The notes beneath the pieces are model-generated. The model searched no databases and was not told the DNA's origin. It was given only the letters and a program-made list of their open reading frames with translations. The translations under genes were made by a program, and so were the position numbers. Source: Octopus sinensis (taxonomy: Eukaryota). From it: 64,000 bases of DNA. Every line of letters starts with the position of its first letter. Position 1 is the first letter of the stretch. Location: assembly GCF_006345805.1 (NCBI RefSeq), contig NC_043001.1, positions 79,670,001-79,734,000 on the forward strand, given 5' to 3'. Shown piece after piece: positions 23,850-39,032 of this stretch.

Positions 23850-25123
23850 TGAACTCATGCATGTACCTGTGTATGTGTGTACGTATATAATTATGTTTGT
23901 GATAAAACAGAGAGAAAGAGATATACGGACATGAATATAGAAACGTGGACCAACCGAAAGACAAATAGACGGACAGCCACATAAACAGACACATTGACCG
24001 AAAAGTAGATAGATAAATAAATAGATAGACAGGTTTACAGACTGATAGATAAATAAAGGGATAGATAGTATGACATTCTGTTGCATCTATAAACGTAACG
24101 GAATAAAAATTCCACCTCCCTGTTTTTAATTCTACCCATGTTTTTCAATTGTATTTTAGTAAGGCTGTAATTGTGTCTATTGTTGCTTATCAAACATTAG
24201 AACGTTTAATAAGTATGTGAATTTCAGTATTCTGCATATGGATGGTTTGGTTAGACTAATGTTATTGCTAACTGAGATATTTCGCCTTGCAAATCGAGAC
24301 GACGGCATCAGCGCTGTATCAAGCCCATAGAGCAGGATGAGGCAAGAAAGACATGTCTCAATTGCCATTCCCCATCGACTTGGCTTTGCTACTGGTTTGA
24401 AGACGGTGATGGACGAGAGAGGAAGGTGCAAGTCATCTGTCATCCGCAATGAAGGCAGATATATATGTTTATACATATAAACAAACACACACACACATAC
24501 ACACACACATTTATGTATACACATATATAGTTCACGTATGAGAACCAGATATTCTCCATATAGGAGACTTTTAGTAATGCTCAAAAGATTCGAGCTTAGA
24601 TTCCGGTAAAGAAAGACTATAAGAGGGAACAGGTTGAGTGGATATAGAAGCAATTATACAGGTAATGAAATTAGTCACATCAAATATATCAAGTAATCAA
24701 ATAAAAAAAATATATAAGTATAGTTGCAAAACAAGAGAAAGTAAAACGTGGAAACTTTCTGTTGATGAATTTTCATATGTAAATATATAGATAGGGTACG
24801 AATAACAGAGAAAATTGAAGGGGAAGAAGAAACGTGTAATTAGTCTAACTGCTATGTTTGAGGACTCGGCGATCCATAAGAATGTTGGTAGATTTAGTTC
24901 ATCACAAAATGCGGCCGTATGGATGCAGTTAACAGAAGATGAAGCGAGCATCCGTCGACAGGGTAGAGATCTTACATTTCAGAACTTAATGCAGAGAAGT
25001 TCAAAGAGGGAACTTCAAACATGGAATTAAGTACTGGAATCGATACATTCGACTCAAAATTCGTCATGGTGGTGGTCTAGCATGGCCGCGCTCAGATGAC
25101 TGATGTAAATATAAATATATATA

Positions 25124-25154
<31 letters not shown>

Positions 25155-25316
25155 ATACTTTTCCCACTGGATTGCGTATTCGTTCCTCTTTTTGGCATCT
25201 GTGATTTTATTTTTGACTTTCTATACAATTAAAGATATTTCCTCCGTCTGGCTGCTTTTCTTTCTCTAAAAAGAGAAGTTATATTGCGGAACTGCTATTT
25301 TAACGAGTTGCATGTA

Positions 25317-25430
25317 GTTATCGCCCGACGAGATACATTCTGCAGCGCTGGATGTTCTTGAACCATCTCTTGAGTGACCCACTCATAAGGAATCGATGGT
25401 AGATGTGTCGAAACAATTGTCGTGATTAAC
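25317..25430 (+). ncRNA. Type I hammerhead ribozyme motif with 78-nt extended stem II (U4>C core variant)
   Basis: GTTATCGC-CCGACGA-[GATACAT..ACCATC..TGAGTG ACC CACTCA..GATGGT..ATGTGTC]-GAAA-CAATTG-TC-GTGATTAAC. Palindromic helix III, GUC triplet, helix I pairs; AATAAA immediately downstream. Confidence 0.7.
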
Positions 25431-25525
25431 AATAAATTCTTGCGTATTTCATATCGTCCACCTTTCATTTGCCTTATACACACATATATATATATATATA
25501 AAGAGAGAGAGAGTGAGATAGATAT

Positions 25526-25556
<31 letters not shown>

Positions 25557-25885
25557 TATGTATGTATGTATGCATACACACACACACACACACGCATATT
25601 TGTGTGTGTGTGTGTGTGTACGTGACTATGACTGAGTATTAAGTGAGAGTTTATAGTGCTGTTTATCCATACAAGCCTATATATCTTTATATTTCTTAAT
25701 GTATGTATAAGCGTATAATAAGAGAAACATGAACACACATATATATATATAGGTACGTGTAAAAGGTATGAATCTATGCACACGCAAAATTAAAATAAAC
25801 ATACGCAAACAAACACACGTACGCACAAATATATATACATATATACATATATGCATATATAATTATATAAATATATATATATATA

Positions 25886-25952
<67 letters not shown>

Positions 25953-26028
25953 CACACATAGATAAATACACATACATATATAGGAATAAATTTATGAATA
26001 TATGTATATATATATGTATGAGTTCATC

Positions 26029-26089
<61 letters not shown>

Positions 26090-26090
26090 G

Positions 26091-26123
<33 letters not shown>

Positions 26124-26419
26124 ATATATATATGTATATATTTCTGCTGCTATATTTCGGAAGTCTGCCCAACAACCAAGTGTGTGTTTTTCCTATTGTT
26201 AGTTTGACTTTCAATGCAAACTAACACCGTGTTGTATTCTTTAGTTTGCGAAGAACTATAGAAAAAGATGAATATAAATAAAAAATTACAAGCAAGGAAA
26301 CTATAGAAAAATGTAAACAAAAATCAGCGCCATACACATAGCGTTATGAAAAAAATCCCAGTCAAGCGAAACGGCCATTCTTTCTCGCTTTATTATTAAT
26401 ATTGATTTTGGTGTAGATA

Positions 26420-27940
<1,521 letters not shown>

Positions 27941-28503
27941 GTAGGAGGGGATGGTGCTATTGTTATTTTCTTTTGTTGTATTGTTATCATTGTTTATGGA
28001 GAGATTATTGCGTTTATTCATTTTTTTCTGTTTATTTATTTATTTTCTTGTGGCGTCTGTGCATTTATTTCATTTCGGTGGTGGTTTCCATATTTTATTT
28101 TTTGATGAGGGTCCCGATTACATTTTTTATACTATTTTACATATTGTAGAATATTTATACGTTGTTTTTTTTTTGCCCTTCCTATTCAAATATTTGTGTG
28201 AAGGAGTATAACTATGTGTGAATGCACACTCTCACACAAACACAAATGCAACACATACATACGCACAAACAAACAAACAATTATGCAAGCACACTGACGC
28301 ACACTAACAGACACATATACATTGATGTACTCAAAAACCCACGCTTTCCTTCATAAAAAAACTAACAAATACATATAAACCAGGAAAACATATAGACACA
28401 TACATACAATGCTAAGGAATTAAATTACCAAACAAATGAATAGAAATACATACACATAAAAACACACAAGCAGAGAGAAATACACACGTGTACATAGACA
28501 TAA

Positions 28504-28807
28504 GTGGAGGCACATGGCCTAATGATTCGAGCAGTGGACTCGCAGTCGAGGGATCGCCGGTTCGAATCTCATACCGGGCGATGTGTGTGTTTATGAGCGA
28601 AACACCTAAGCTCCACGCGGCACCGGCAGGAGGTAATGGCGAGCTTCTGCTGACTCTTTCGCTACAACTTTCTCTCACGCTTTCCTCCTGCATACTGCAG
28701 CTCACCTGCGACGGACTGATGTCCCGTCCAGGTGGGGAACCTATACGCCAAAGAAACCGTGAAACCGGCCCTTATGAGCCAGGCGTGGCTCGAGAAGGAA
28801 CAAACAA
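28504..28807 (+). mobile_element. Full-length tRNA-derived V-domain-type SINE (family C, OR1-like) with TSD
   Basis: A-box-like TGGCCTAATGA, B box GGTTCGAATCT, V-like CCTGCGACGGACTGATGTCCCGTCCAGG, (CAAA)n tail. ACATAGACATAA is duplicated at 28492-28503 and 28808-28819. Confidence 0.9.
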
Positions 28808-28849
28808 ACATAGACATAAACATATAAATATGCGTAGAGATATATGCGT

Positions 28850-28922
<73 letters not shown>

Positions 28923-30092
28923 TTATAAATATATACACAAAGAATCATAGATGTATATGTGTGTGTTGGTGCTTTGTGTGAGTGAACATATGCGTGGATG
29001 TGGTGTATGTGTGTCTGTAAATGTGTAGGTGTTTGTGCGCTTGTACTTATGAAGCAAGGTTGCGACCGTCCCCCTGCCCTCTTCTCTCTTTATCTCTGAG
29101 CTGTGTTTGACGCCAAGAGTGTCAATCTGCTCATGAAGAGACTTCATCTGCATCGGATCAGATGGGACGCCCTTCAACTGTGCTCTTCTGGTCTACGGTA
29201 TCCTGAAACATCACTTAAAATACTTCTCCAGATGGTACCATGAAGTTTGTTTTGGCCTAATCCAATAACAACCAAATAAATTATCGAAGTAATAATCTAA
29301 GATGAACACATCAGCAGATGCGAGTGCATATGTATAAAGTGTGAGAAATGCAGAAGAGAAACACTCGTAGCTCGTATACACACACACATATATTCATACG
29401 CGTTTCATACTATATTCTTGACGCAAGGAAGTTTGCCTATGTGGTTAATGTATAACATGTGTTGAGGGTGTTTGTCACCTTTTACGATATTTTGTGATAA
29501 TATCGTATCTAATCATTCTTAATACGTTCAATCAGTTTCGAACGTCAAGATTTGATCGCTGTTACTTTTCCTATCGGAGCGTATCTCCTTCTTTATAATG
29601 ATGTGTATTCATCACAGATGTGATTCACCGTGCAATGCGATTTCGCACATGACATCGTTGTGTTTCGTTGTTATTGTGACTGTCAAAGAAATCCCACCTG
29701 ACCGATGAACCAAACAAGAGAACGAGCTCTTATTGATTAGGGATTGGGAAAAATAGTATTAGCTGATACTTGTTGATGCAAGCAATAATCTATCTACACA
29801 AAGTAATAAATCTATTTATTCTCAAAAGGTTCTGCATCATTCTAACGTGAATACATTACCATTGAGGTTTTTATCATCGAAGTACCTCTTCCCTTTTCAA
29901 TGATTTGCGTTCATAACACACGCGATACTCCTCCGGTATAAGGGAATTTTGAGACATCACAAAGTCGCGATCTCACAAGAGCACGACCGCTTGTTTATAG
30001 AAAACAACAAACAAATTATTTTCTGATGCATGCCGGTGTCTGCCAAACAGATGAGAAAGCATGGGGCACAAGAAGCACGCACACAATAAGGT

Positions 30093-30287
30093 ATTCTTTT
30101 ATTCTTTTACTTGTTTCAGTCTTTTGACTGCGGTCATGATCGAGCAACGCTTTGAAGGCTTTCAGTCGAACAAAACGACCCTAGGGCTAATTTATAAGCC
30201 TAGCACTTATTCTATAGGTCAATTTTGTCGAACACTTAAGATATGGGGACGTAAGCACATCGACACCGGCTGTCAATGGTGATAGGG

Positions 30288-30372
<85 letters not shown>

Positions 30373-30422
30373 TGTGTGTGTGTGTGTGTATGTGTGTGTG
30401 TGTGTGTTGTGTGTGTGTGTGT

Positions 30423-30460
<38 letters not shown>

Positions 30461-30593
30461 CAACTGGTTTCTTTCAGTATCCGTCAGCCAAATCCACTGA
30501 AAGGGTTCTGGTCGGCAAGAAGCTGTTCAAGGTGCCACGCAGGGGTACTAAACCCGGAACTACCGTGGCTCCGAAGCAACCTCCTTACCACAC
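30093..30593 (-). mobile_element. Family A SINE with expanded internal (TA)n(TG)n
   Basis: Tail at 30093, central microsatellite 30291-30460, head at ~30590. Confidence 0.85.
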
Positions 30594-31189
30594 ATTCTGG
30601 AGGATCCGAACGGGAAAATAAGATCAATATTGCTTTTCGTCATCGGAGAAACTTTTTTTTGCGATACGTACCAGATTTTTTTCTCTCTCTCTTTGATGGG
30701 ACTGATGATATTTGAAACAGGCAATGCCACAAATATGTGAGACAAGTTATAGCTGATTAAACCGATTAAATTCTAGCCTGGTACTTTCCTGGGAAGGAAA
30801 AATTAGAACGCGTTGATACCTAACCAAATAGCCGTAGCTAAATGTCTACGATTCTAACGTTTCGATTCTTTTCTCTAGTGTCATGTTCAAGAGATTATTT
30901 AAGATCATTTATCTGAATAATGTCTGCTGCTACTGTGTAGTCAAACAATATTAGTTTCTTACATTGAAACAAGGTCAATGCCTGACTGGTTGGAGAGAAG
31001 GAGCTGTAATGTGATTGATGGATAATTAATGAGTTTGAGCTTATCGTACCTTGATGTCGTTGAATATATTTCTTCTTGTTGTTGTTATATCGTCACACCT
31101 GAACAGATTTCTGATATAGGACTCTTAATAATGGTGACTACATCTAAATCAAAACACCTGAGATTACAGTTTCGGCACATTCACCAGCG

Positions 31190-31720
31190 CCGGCATCATC
31201 ATCATCACCACCACCGCCGCTGCCACCACCACCACTACCATCATCATCATCATCATCATAATCATCATCATCATCATCATCAACATCAACATCAACATCA
31301 TCATCATCATCATCATCAACATCATCATCATCATCATCATCCTCGTCATCATCATCATCATCCTCCTCCTCCTCCTCCTCCTCATCATCATCATCATCAC
31401 TATCGTCATTTTCACCATCGTCATAAATCATTATCATCATAATCACCCTCGTCAGCACCATCAACATCATCGTTGTCATCATCATTGTCGTCGTCGTTGT
31501 CGTCGACGTCATCATCATGATCATCACTACATCACCATCATCATCACTACATCATCATCATCATCATCAACCATCAGCAGTAACATCATAAGCACCTCTA
31601 TTATAATCATCATCAACACCATCATCATCATCATTAACATCACCAGTACCACCACCAGCTACACTACCATCATTATCGTCGTCGTCGTCGTCGTTATTAA
31701 TGCTATTATTATTAGAATAA
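31190..31720. repeat. Compound (CAT/CAC/CCT/CGT)n microsatellite
   Basis: Direct reading. Confidence 0.95.
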
Positions 31721-31964
31721 TGGGTTACAGAATTGTTACACGGTTGATGTTTTGCCACTGATGAGGTTTTTTTTTTTTTTTTGCTTTCTTTTCTTTTCAT
31801 ATTTAGTTACGTCTCTTAATGTTTTGAATTCAAATTTCAGAGAGGTCAGCTTCGTCATTCAATCTTTCGGGGCCGAGTAATCATTTGAGAACTATTCACA
31901 TCATACTATTTAAATACACCATAGACTTACCGCCAATATTATTACTGTTACTATGAGAATCAAT

Positions 31965-32545
31965 AACGCGTCGTACAAAATGCTTAACCGCATTTGGTCT
32001 GTCTTTACGTTCTCAGTTCAAATTCCACCGACAGCGACTTTCATTTACATTCTTCCAGAGTCAGCACAATAAGTATCAGTTGAGCACAAGGATCGCTGCA
32101 ATCGACTCGCCCAGGCCAAAAATTAGGACAATGATTATTATTATAATCATTGTTAAGGCTTCGAGCTGGCAGAAACGTTAGCACGCCGGGTGAAATGCTT
32201 AGCGGTATTTCGTCTGCCGTTACGTTCTGAGTTCAAATTCCACCGAGGTCGACTTTGCCTTTCATCCTTTCGGGGTCGATAAATTAAGTACCAGTTACGC
32301 ACTGGGATCGATGTAATCGACTTAATACCTATGTCTGTCCTTGTTTGTCCCCTCTGTGTTTATCCCCTTGTGGGTAATAAAGAAATAGGTGTTTCACCCA
32401 TCTGTACATTCTGAGTTAAAATTAAGCAGAGGTTGCCTTTTCCTTTTATCCTTTCGGGGTCGATGAAATAAGTTCCAGTTACGCACTGGGGTAGTCGACT
32501 AGTCCTTCCCCTAAAATTTCAGGCTTTGTGTCTCCAGTAAAAATG
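31965..32545 (+). mobile_element. Decayed family B SINE (31965-32130) followed by a dimeric family B SINE (32156-32545)
   Basis: Same long-tail to headless second-monomer junction (TAATAAAGAAATAGGTGTTTC) as 14828-15225. Confidence 0.85.
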
Positions 32546-32572
32546 TCGTTGGTATTGTTGTTGTTGTTGTTA

Positions 32573-33790
32573 TTTGACATCTGATAGATTCAAGCAAATT
32601 TGAGATGTGTACAGCATTGTGTGTTCTTTTTTTGTTGGGAGAGTGCAAACTCTTCTCGGTATTGTATGGTATTAGTTTGTTTGATGTACTCTTTGGATTG
32701 AATCTTGTTCAGTTAATTTTTATACTGTGTTGTGTTTGTAATGCGAATTATCTTCTATTGGGTATCCGACCTGTAGAGTACATGCTATGGGAGATGTTTA
32801 TTTTATTGGATTATTTCTTGTATACTATGTACCGTGTGTTTTATAAATTGTTTTATTTGGGTTGTATTATTGAATTGATAGCGTCTTAGGTAGGATGTAG
32901 TCTGTTCGTAGCAGGGCTATTTTGGGGACAGTGTGTAAGGCTGAAGGTCCAGGTATAGTTCCTACGTTTTTGTTCATAAGTATTTTTATCATGCCCAGTG
33001 CTCCAATTATTACTGGTATTGTTTTCCCCTTAATGCCCCACATCTTGAATAATTCAATTTCGGGCAATACTTTGGTAATAAGAGACTGCAATGGCGATCA
33101 GTAAGTATGTCTTCTTTTTTTTTCTTCTTTCAATCATTGTTTATTATGTCTGGGTGATTAACTTTGATTTCTTTGTCAGTTTGAACAGGCATGTCCCATT
33201 GATTGTGGCTGGGTCGTCGTCTCGTATCTTGTTTGGCACGTCTTTATACCACTTGTTAATTTTTATGTTGCAGTGTTGGCATATTGCCCAGTGGATATAA
33301 CTATTTACTCGGTCATATCTGTATATATATATTCAGATTTGGCAAAGATATAACAACCAGAGATGATGTGTTCAATTGTCTCATTGTACTGCTTGCACGT
33401 TCTTAATTCGAATTCGGGGTCTGTTTTCATTATTTTGCTTTTAAAATTTTTGGTAGTCTTGTGCAGCGAGAATCAGTCCTTCCGTTTCTACTTTTAGTTC
33501 AGAGCTTTTGGGCCATTGCTGTCTTTTACTTAGGCTCACTTTACTATCAAGCCTTGCAGGTTTTTTACCATGGAGTGATTTTTTCCCTTCATTTCTTCTT
33601 TAGTATGTTTTGCATTTCTGTTTTCATGTTGTTTTTCGCCTCTTTGATAATTTCTCCTGTGTTGTCATCAGAGATCGGTGCATCAATGTAGTTTGTATTT
33701 TGTACTGTGTTGCCTACTTGAGTATAGAAGAAAGCATTAAATTTTTCTCAAGCAGTTTTAATACATATAGAAATCGTTCACTACTTTTTG
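32573..33790 (-). mobile_element. R4/Dong-clade non-LTR retrotransposon 3' relic (zinc knuckle + restriction-like endonuclease + 3' UTR)
   Basis: RTCKQYNETIEHIISGC..EYIYRYDRV..YIHWAIC and EIELFKMWGIKGKTIPVIIGALGMIK..KIALLRTDYILPKTLSIQ*. Ends in an (AAC)n tail. Confidence 0.85.
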
Positions 33791-33829
33791 TTTCGTGGTA
33801 CTTTTCTAGGAACGTGCATCACAACCATA

Positions 33830-34240
33830 TTTGCCCTTGTATAAAGACAAACAGCGCTTGACTTTATAAATGGAACCTAGCTGGATTTTTCTTCACGGCG
33901 AGTAACCTATCATGCGCTAAAGGTTTGCAAGTAAGGGTTATTTAAGTTCGATAAACGTAACACCCTTTTTTCCAGGGGTGAAATATTCAAACCAAAGAAT
34001 TCCTCTTAACATATGACTACGATGCTTCTGATCGAAATCAGACATGCACATATCGTTAGCCAGCAAAGGACATGCACAGATGATGAAGATCAAACAAACA
34101 ACAAACAACTCTGTAATATTGAGCAGAATACTTGCTGTATTCTATCTTTCACACCAAGAAAAAATTATATCCATGTTAACACACACAAGCATCTAAGAAC
34201 AGAAGACGTGAGAGCCACTGCTTGTATTTCATCCGGATAT

Positions 34241-34245
<5 letters not shown>
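33830..34245 (+). mobile_element. Interspersed repeat, probable LINE 3' end with (ATT)n tail
   Basis: Non-simple sequence running directly into a long (ATT)n tract. Resembles a common octopus repeat as I recall it; family not established. Confidence 0.35.
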
Positions 34246-34299
<54 letters not shown>

Positions 34300-35492
34300 A
34301 TTATCATCATTATTATTATTATCATTATTATTATTATCATCATCATCATCATCATCGTCGTCGTCGTCGTCGTTATCATCATCATCATCACTATCATTCT
34401 TATCACTACATCTATCATCCTGTTCATAACTACGAACACCAGCACCACCATCATCAGTAATCATCAACATCATCATCATTATCAACATTATTATTAAGAG
34501 CAATTCTTTTCAACTATGTTTATGCCGTTTTAACAGCTTTAAATTATTTACAACTGACAATCAAATTTCACGGTGTTTTCATCTTTTACTCAATAAAATA
34601 ACATATACAACAGTCGATTTTACATATTCATTTACTTATCCTGGACCTATTTTGTTTTCTCCTCTTAATAATTCACCTTCTGTCTGGAAGTAATAAATAG
34701 ACTGTAAATAAAATTCCAAACGAGTTGTAACAATAGCTAGTAGGTTAACTCTGTAACTGAACGGTGATTCGTTTAGCTGGATGTTTTGTATTCTCTGTAA
34801 CTTATAACCCAGCACTAAGTTCCAAGGCATTTATACTTTTTTACATTACCAAAGACATAAAAGGGTAGTGCATGAGTCTTTTTCAGAAAATCCAAGAAGT
34901 GTGAAGTCGACATGTGCCTTATATACTATGGCCTCCGTTTTGTAGTGACCATTGATTGTATGGGTATGCAGTATTACCCCTATGGAAGCGAGCAGCCTAA
35001 ATACTAACTGTGGTCGGGTACCTACATAGCTTGAGGTGTCATCTTTTAGTGTATAGTGATGTATGGTGTCTCGAGTATGTGGTTTGTTGGGTGGTTAATA
35101 AGTAGTTGTCTAGGGTATCGGATAGAAGGCGTTAAGATATTTATTCCGGATCTCTACATTTTGAGTTCATATCCCCTCGAGGGCAGAGTAACATTTTATG
35201 GAAGATGAAAAATTACCAGTTCAGAGTTAATATAGCTCTCTCTCTCTCTCTCTCTCTCTTTCTTTCTCCATCTCTATCTTTCTGTAACATTTTTTTGTTC
35301 TTCCGAGTCAATAGTGAAAGGGTCTGTGTTTGTTCACGACAATATAGAAACGTAAATTTATTAGTAAAAACAAGGTCTATGCTACTAAGTCATACTCGAT
35401 TGTGAATGATAACTATCGTTCGGAATATAATAAAATTTAAGCAGTTATTTCTAGCACTAGAAGTCACCACTTAGAGATTAACTTCGCACACT

Positions 35493-35949
35493 GCAGGCGA
35501 TTAACAGTTTGCTTCCCATCCACATATTCCTGGCGGCTTCAGTCCCACTGCGTGGAACATTAGGCAAGTGCTTCCTATTATAGCCTCAGGCCGAATGGAT
35601 TTCGTAGACGGAAATTGAAAGAAGAACGTCATATATCTAAGTATATATGTGTGCATGTGCGTGCATGCGTCTGTTTGTGTGTGTGTGTTTGTGTGAGTCT
35701 GTGCCTGTGTTTGTACCCCACCATCACTTTACAACCGGTGTTGGACGTAACTTCCGAACCGCTAAGTTACGGAGACGTAACTTAGCAGTTCGAGATAAAG
35801 AGCACGATAGAATAAGTAGAATAAGTACCTTGCTTAAAAGAAAAAGACAGAGGTGAACTTAGATTGATTCTATTCATTCGACTAAAATTCGTCAAAGTGG
35901 CATCCCAGCATGGCCGCTATCTAATGACTGAACAAGTAAGAGATAAAAG
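35493..35949 (+). mobile_element. Family A SINE
   Basis: TTCAGTCCCACTGCGTGG..GTAGACGGAAATTGAAAGAAG..CCCAGCATGGCCGCTATCTAATGACTGAACAAGTAAGAGA. Confidence 0.8.
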
Positions 35950-37284
35950 GTGTACGTATCAAATAGATTAATTTCGGTTATTAAATCCAGTGATCTATAT
36001 GATATCACCTCGGTAGCTTCAACGAAATAACAACTGACATATTCAATTTAATAAGTTTGGTAGCCCGATATCTAATTGCAAAGAGGCAATAATAAAATTT
36101 CTTGCTATTTTATTTTGTGGTGAGTTGTGTTGGAAAAAATTTCATGTGCTCATGACCTTCGAAGTTTCACCAGAATATGTAATAATGACGTGGTTTATTA
36201 TTTTCTTGAACAACTTTAAGCTGACAGCTACAGGAAGAGAATGAACAAGGAGTGAATTACAAATAGCTGATGTTCTCAGGAGAAAGAAGAACAACTGGGT
36301 GAAGAGGTTAGTGCAGGGGCATGGGGTGGATGCAATTTTAGTGACGAATGATTTGGTGACATTGAAAGTGGGAACGATCTCATCTAGCTTCAAGGAAAAA
36401 GGGTCGCTGTAGAATGATTTCACAGAGCTTAGTACTGTCGTAGGATCAGAAGGAAACGTTGATTGATTTATTTAAGACATTATCTTTTAAACGCGTGAAT
36501 TGCTATCGAAAACAAAATGAACTGCTATTCGTTCATAAGGATCTTGCTATGAGATCCATAAATTAGTATGACACTGGCGAAAGCCAATGATTTACGGAAA
36601 GTGGATTAAGTTATAAACATAATTCTGTACTATCAAATTCCATTAATTTGTAGTGTTGTTTTTCAATAAATGAGCAAAACTAGGGTAAGAAAGAACTCAC
36701 ATATTTTGTTCCGAGGCCAAGAAAATCTCAAATATGTTGGTGTGCTAAACCTAATTTAGTTTTCGAGTGGGTTGTTTAACCTACAAATCTAGTTATAAGA
36801 AACATTCATTTGTCATCTTTAAGCGCTAAGTGAATCAACCCGCATACATAATTTTATGCATGTATGTACACATAGACATACGTATGTGTACTTTTGAATT
36901 TCTATACGTACATATTTGTATATGTATGTGCATAAGATGTATTACTTTTTAATTAATTTTAAAAATTACCATCTATGTATGCAGGGAATGTAGGTATGTA
37001 TGTAGAAAGAGGAAAATAGAACTCAAAACATAATTAGCAGAATTTCAGAGCAACTCAAGTCCCGGGAGTTTCGTGCGTCGGCATGAAATCATATATATAT
37101 ATATAGATATATATATAGATATATGTGTATATATTTTTGTCTATCTCTCTATTTCCCCTCTCTATCTTTCTCCTCAAAATATATATTTATATATATATAT
37201 GTATGTATAGATAAATAGATATATAGATAGATGGATGGATGCGTATATACACACACACATATATGTATATGTATATACATATGA

Positions 37285-37790
37285 AATGTTGTTCTCCGTC
37301 TGAGAGGCAATTCTGTTTGCCCTATATAGCTGTGTCGATAACCCGAGCAAACGATCACATAGGTTAGGTTTTCTAATTATGAATCTGTGTTTTTGTTATA
37401 CGTGGAATTTCCAACTCACCAGTAGGATGGGACGTGTTCCTCATTCAGTTCACTCACATTTCTTAATTCTTGGTTCCTTTGTTGTTGGGTATATTTTTGC
37501 ATTTTTCAGTATTCTTTTTAGTGATTTTGTTTTGTATTTGTTTTTTGCTTTTTTTTTACTGTTGTGAATGTTTGTGGAATATGATTCATCTTAGAACCCC
37601 TAGTGAGCGTAGGCAAATTTTGAACAATAGTGTTGTAGCCCTGTTGTTTCTGGGGTGGTGAATAGAACTATAGAGTAGTATTTTTACATCGAGGGTAGTA
37701 TTTCGTTTTATATGCCTTGGTATTTCGATATCAATTCTCGTCGAACATTCTATCCCATCATCTATTAGCAAGGGAGGATAGTTGCATCAA
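37285..37790 (-). mobile_element. Penelope-like element relic (thumb/linker + GIY-YIG)
   Basis: ENLTYVIVCSGYRHSYIGQTELPLRRRTTFH. The upstream linker (IDDGIECSTRIDI..KILLYSSIHHPRNN) aligns with the 42600-43765 copy. Confidence 0.8.
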
Positions 37791-38988
37791 ACATTATTCT
37801 GCAAATCCTTTTCACTAAATAGAAGGGTGATTTATTTCAATGTTTTCTTTTTGAAGGGGGATGGCAAGGGTTGAATAGTTGGAATTGCTTCGAGTCAGCG
37901 AATTTATAACACGTATCAATTTCATTTGTTTGTTTAGTTTCTTGATGTCTACTAAGCCAAATTTCAAGTGTTTGGTTCGAACGGGTCTGTAGCAGGACTC
38001 GTTGAATTGCAATGGGATTGAACTTGGTACAATTGAGAAAAACTTCTGAACACAATTCTCACCACACACACTTAGGGTGAGAGAGGATCGGTCAAACAGA
38101 CAGACGGAAAAATGAAAAAAAAAGAGAGAGCTAAGTACATTTATGATAGATTGAAGTAAAACGAATTTGACAATACCTCGTTGCCACAGCTGAATTATTT
38201 ATCGCAAGAAGTTTATATATATATATATATTAGATATATATATATAATATTATATAATATATATAATATATAAATATATATATATATACATATATATATG
38301 TATATATAAACATGCAGTGATACACTCAAGCACATCTTTCTGCCACTAGTATTTTATACATACTTGTACACCACACACACATATAATACATATTTACATA
38401 CATACATTCACACATAGATTCATACTTATAATCAAACACGCTTATATAAATATACATGAAAATGTATGTGTGTGTGTACGTGCTTGTGTGTGTGAGCGCA
38501 TAAATAAATGTTCATGTACGTATGTGAGTATACTTTAAACATGTATAAGCACTCGGTTTCACCAACGCATACACATAAATGTATATATTATACAAACAGA
38601 CCTGTGTGTGTGTGTGTGTGTGTGTAATTGCTTACTTTCCTCTAGCGGTATTGTTATAAATGGTGTTTTGTATTTTGAAAGCGTTTCCATCATTTATCTC
38701 CCTTGTTTACTTCTGTTTCTTTTGTTTTTTATAAGAATATTTGTTTTTGCTGTATCTTCTCTACTCAAGATTGGCTGATAGACAAACACACACACATATA
38801 CACATACACACTCACATACAAACACACACACACATATGTATCCATGCATATATATATGAATATATATAAATATATATGGACGCAAGTATATATATCTAGA
38901 AATATGTATATATGTATGTATGTATATATATATGTGTATATATATATACACACGTATATATATATATACATGAGTGTGTGTGTGTGTT

Positions 38989-39032
<44 letters not shown>

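Noticed and set aside
24270-24325. Hammerhead-like CTGATGCC..GGCGAAATATCTC on the minus strand
   Set aside because: G8-A9 missing and helix III does not form.
28506-28580. tRNA-like sequence
   Set aside because: SINE head followed by body, tail and TSD. No proper acceptor stem.
36180-36450. Coding-like stretch; similar ones at 18250-18430, 29060-29250, 57960-58250, 59360-59480
   Set aside because: Only vague resemblance to RTE-type LINE ends or mariner motifs. Too decayed to call.
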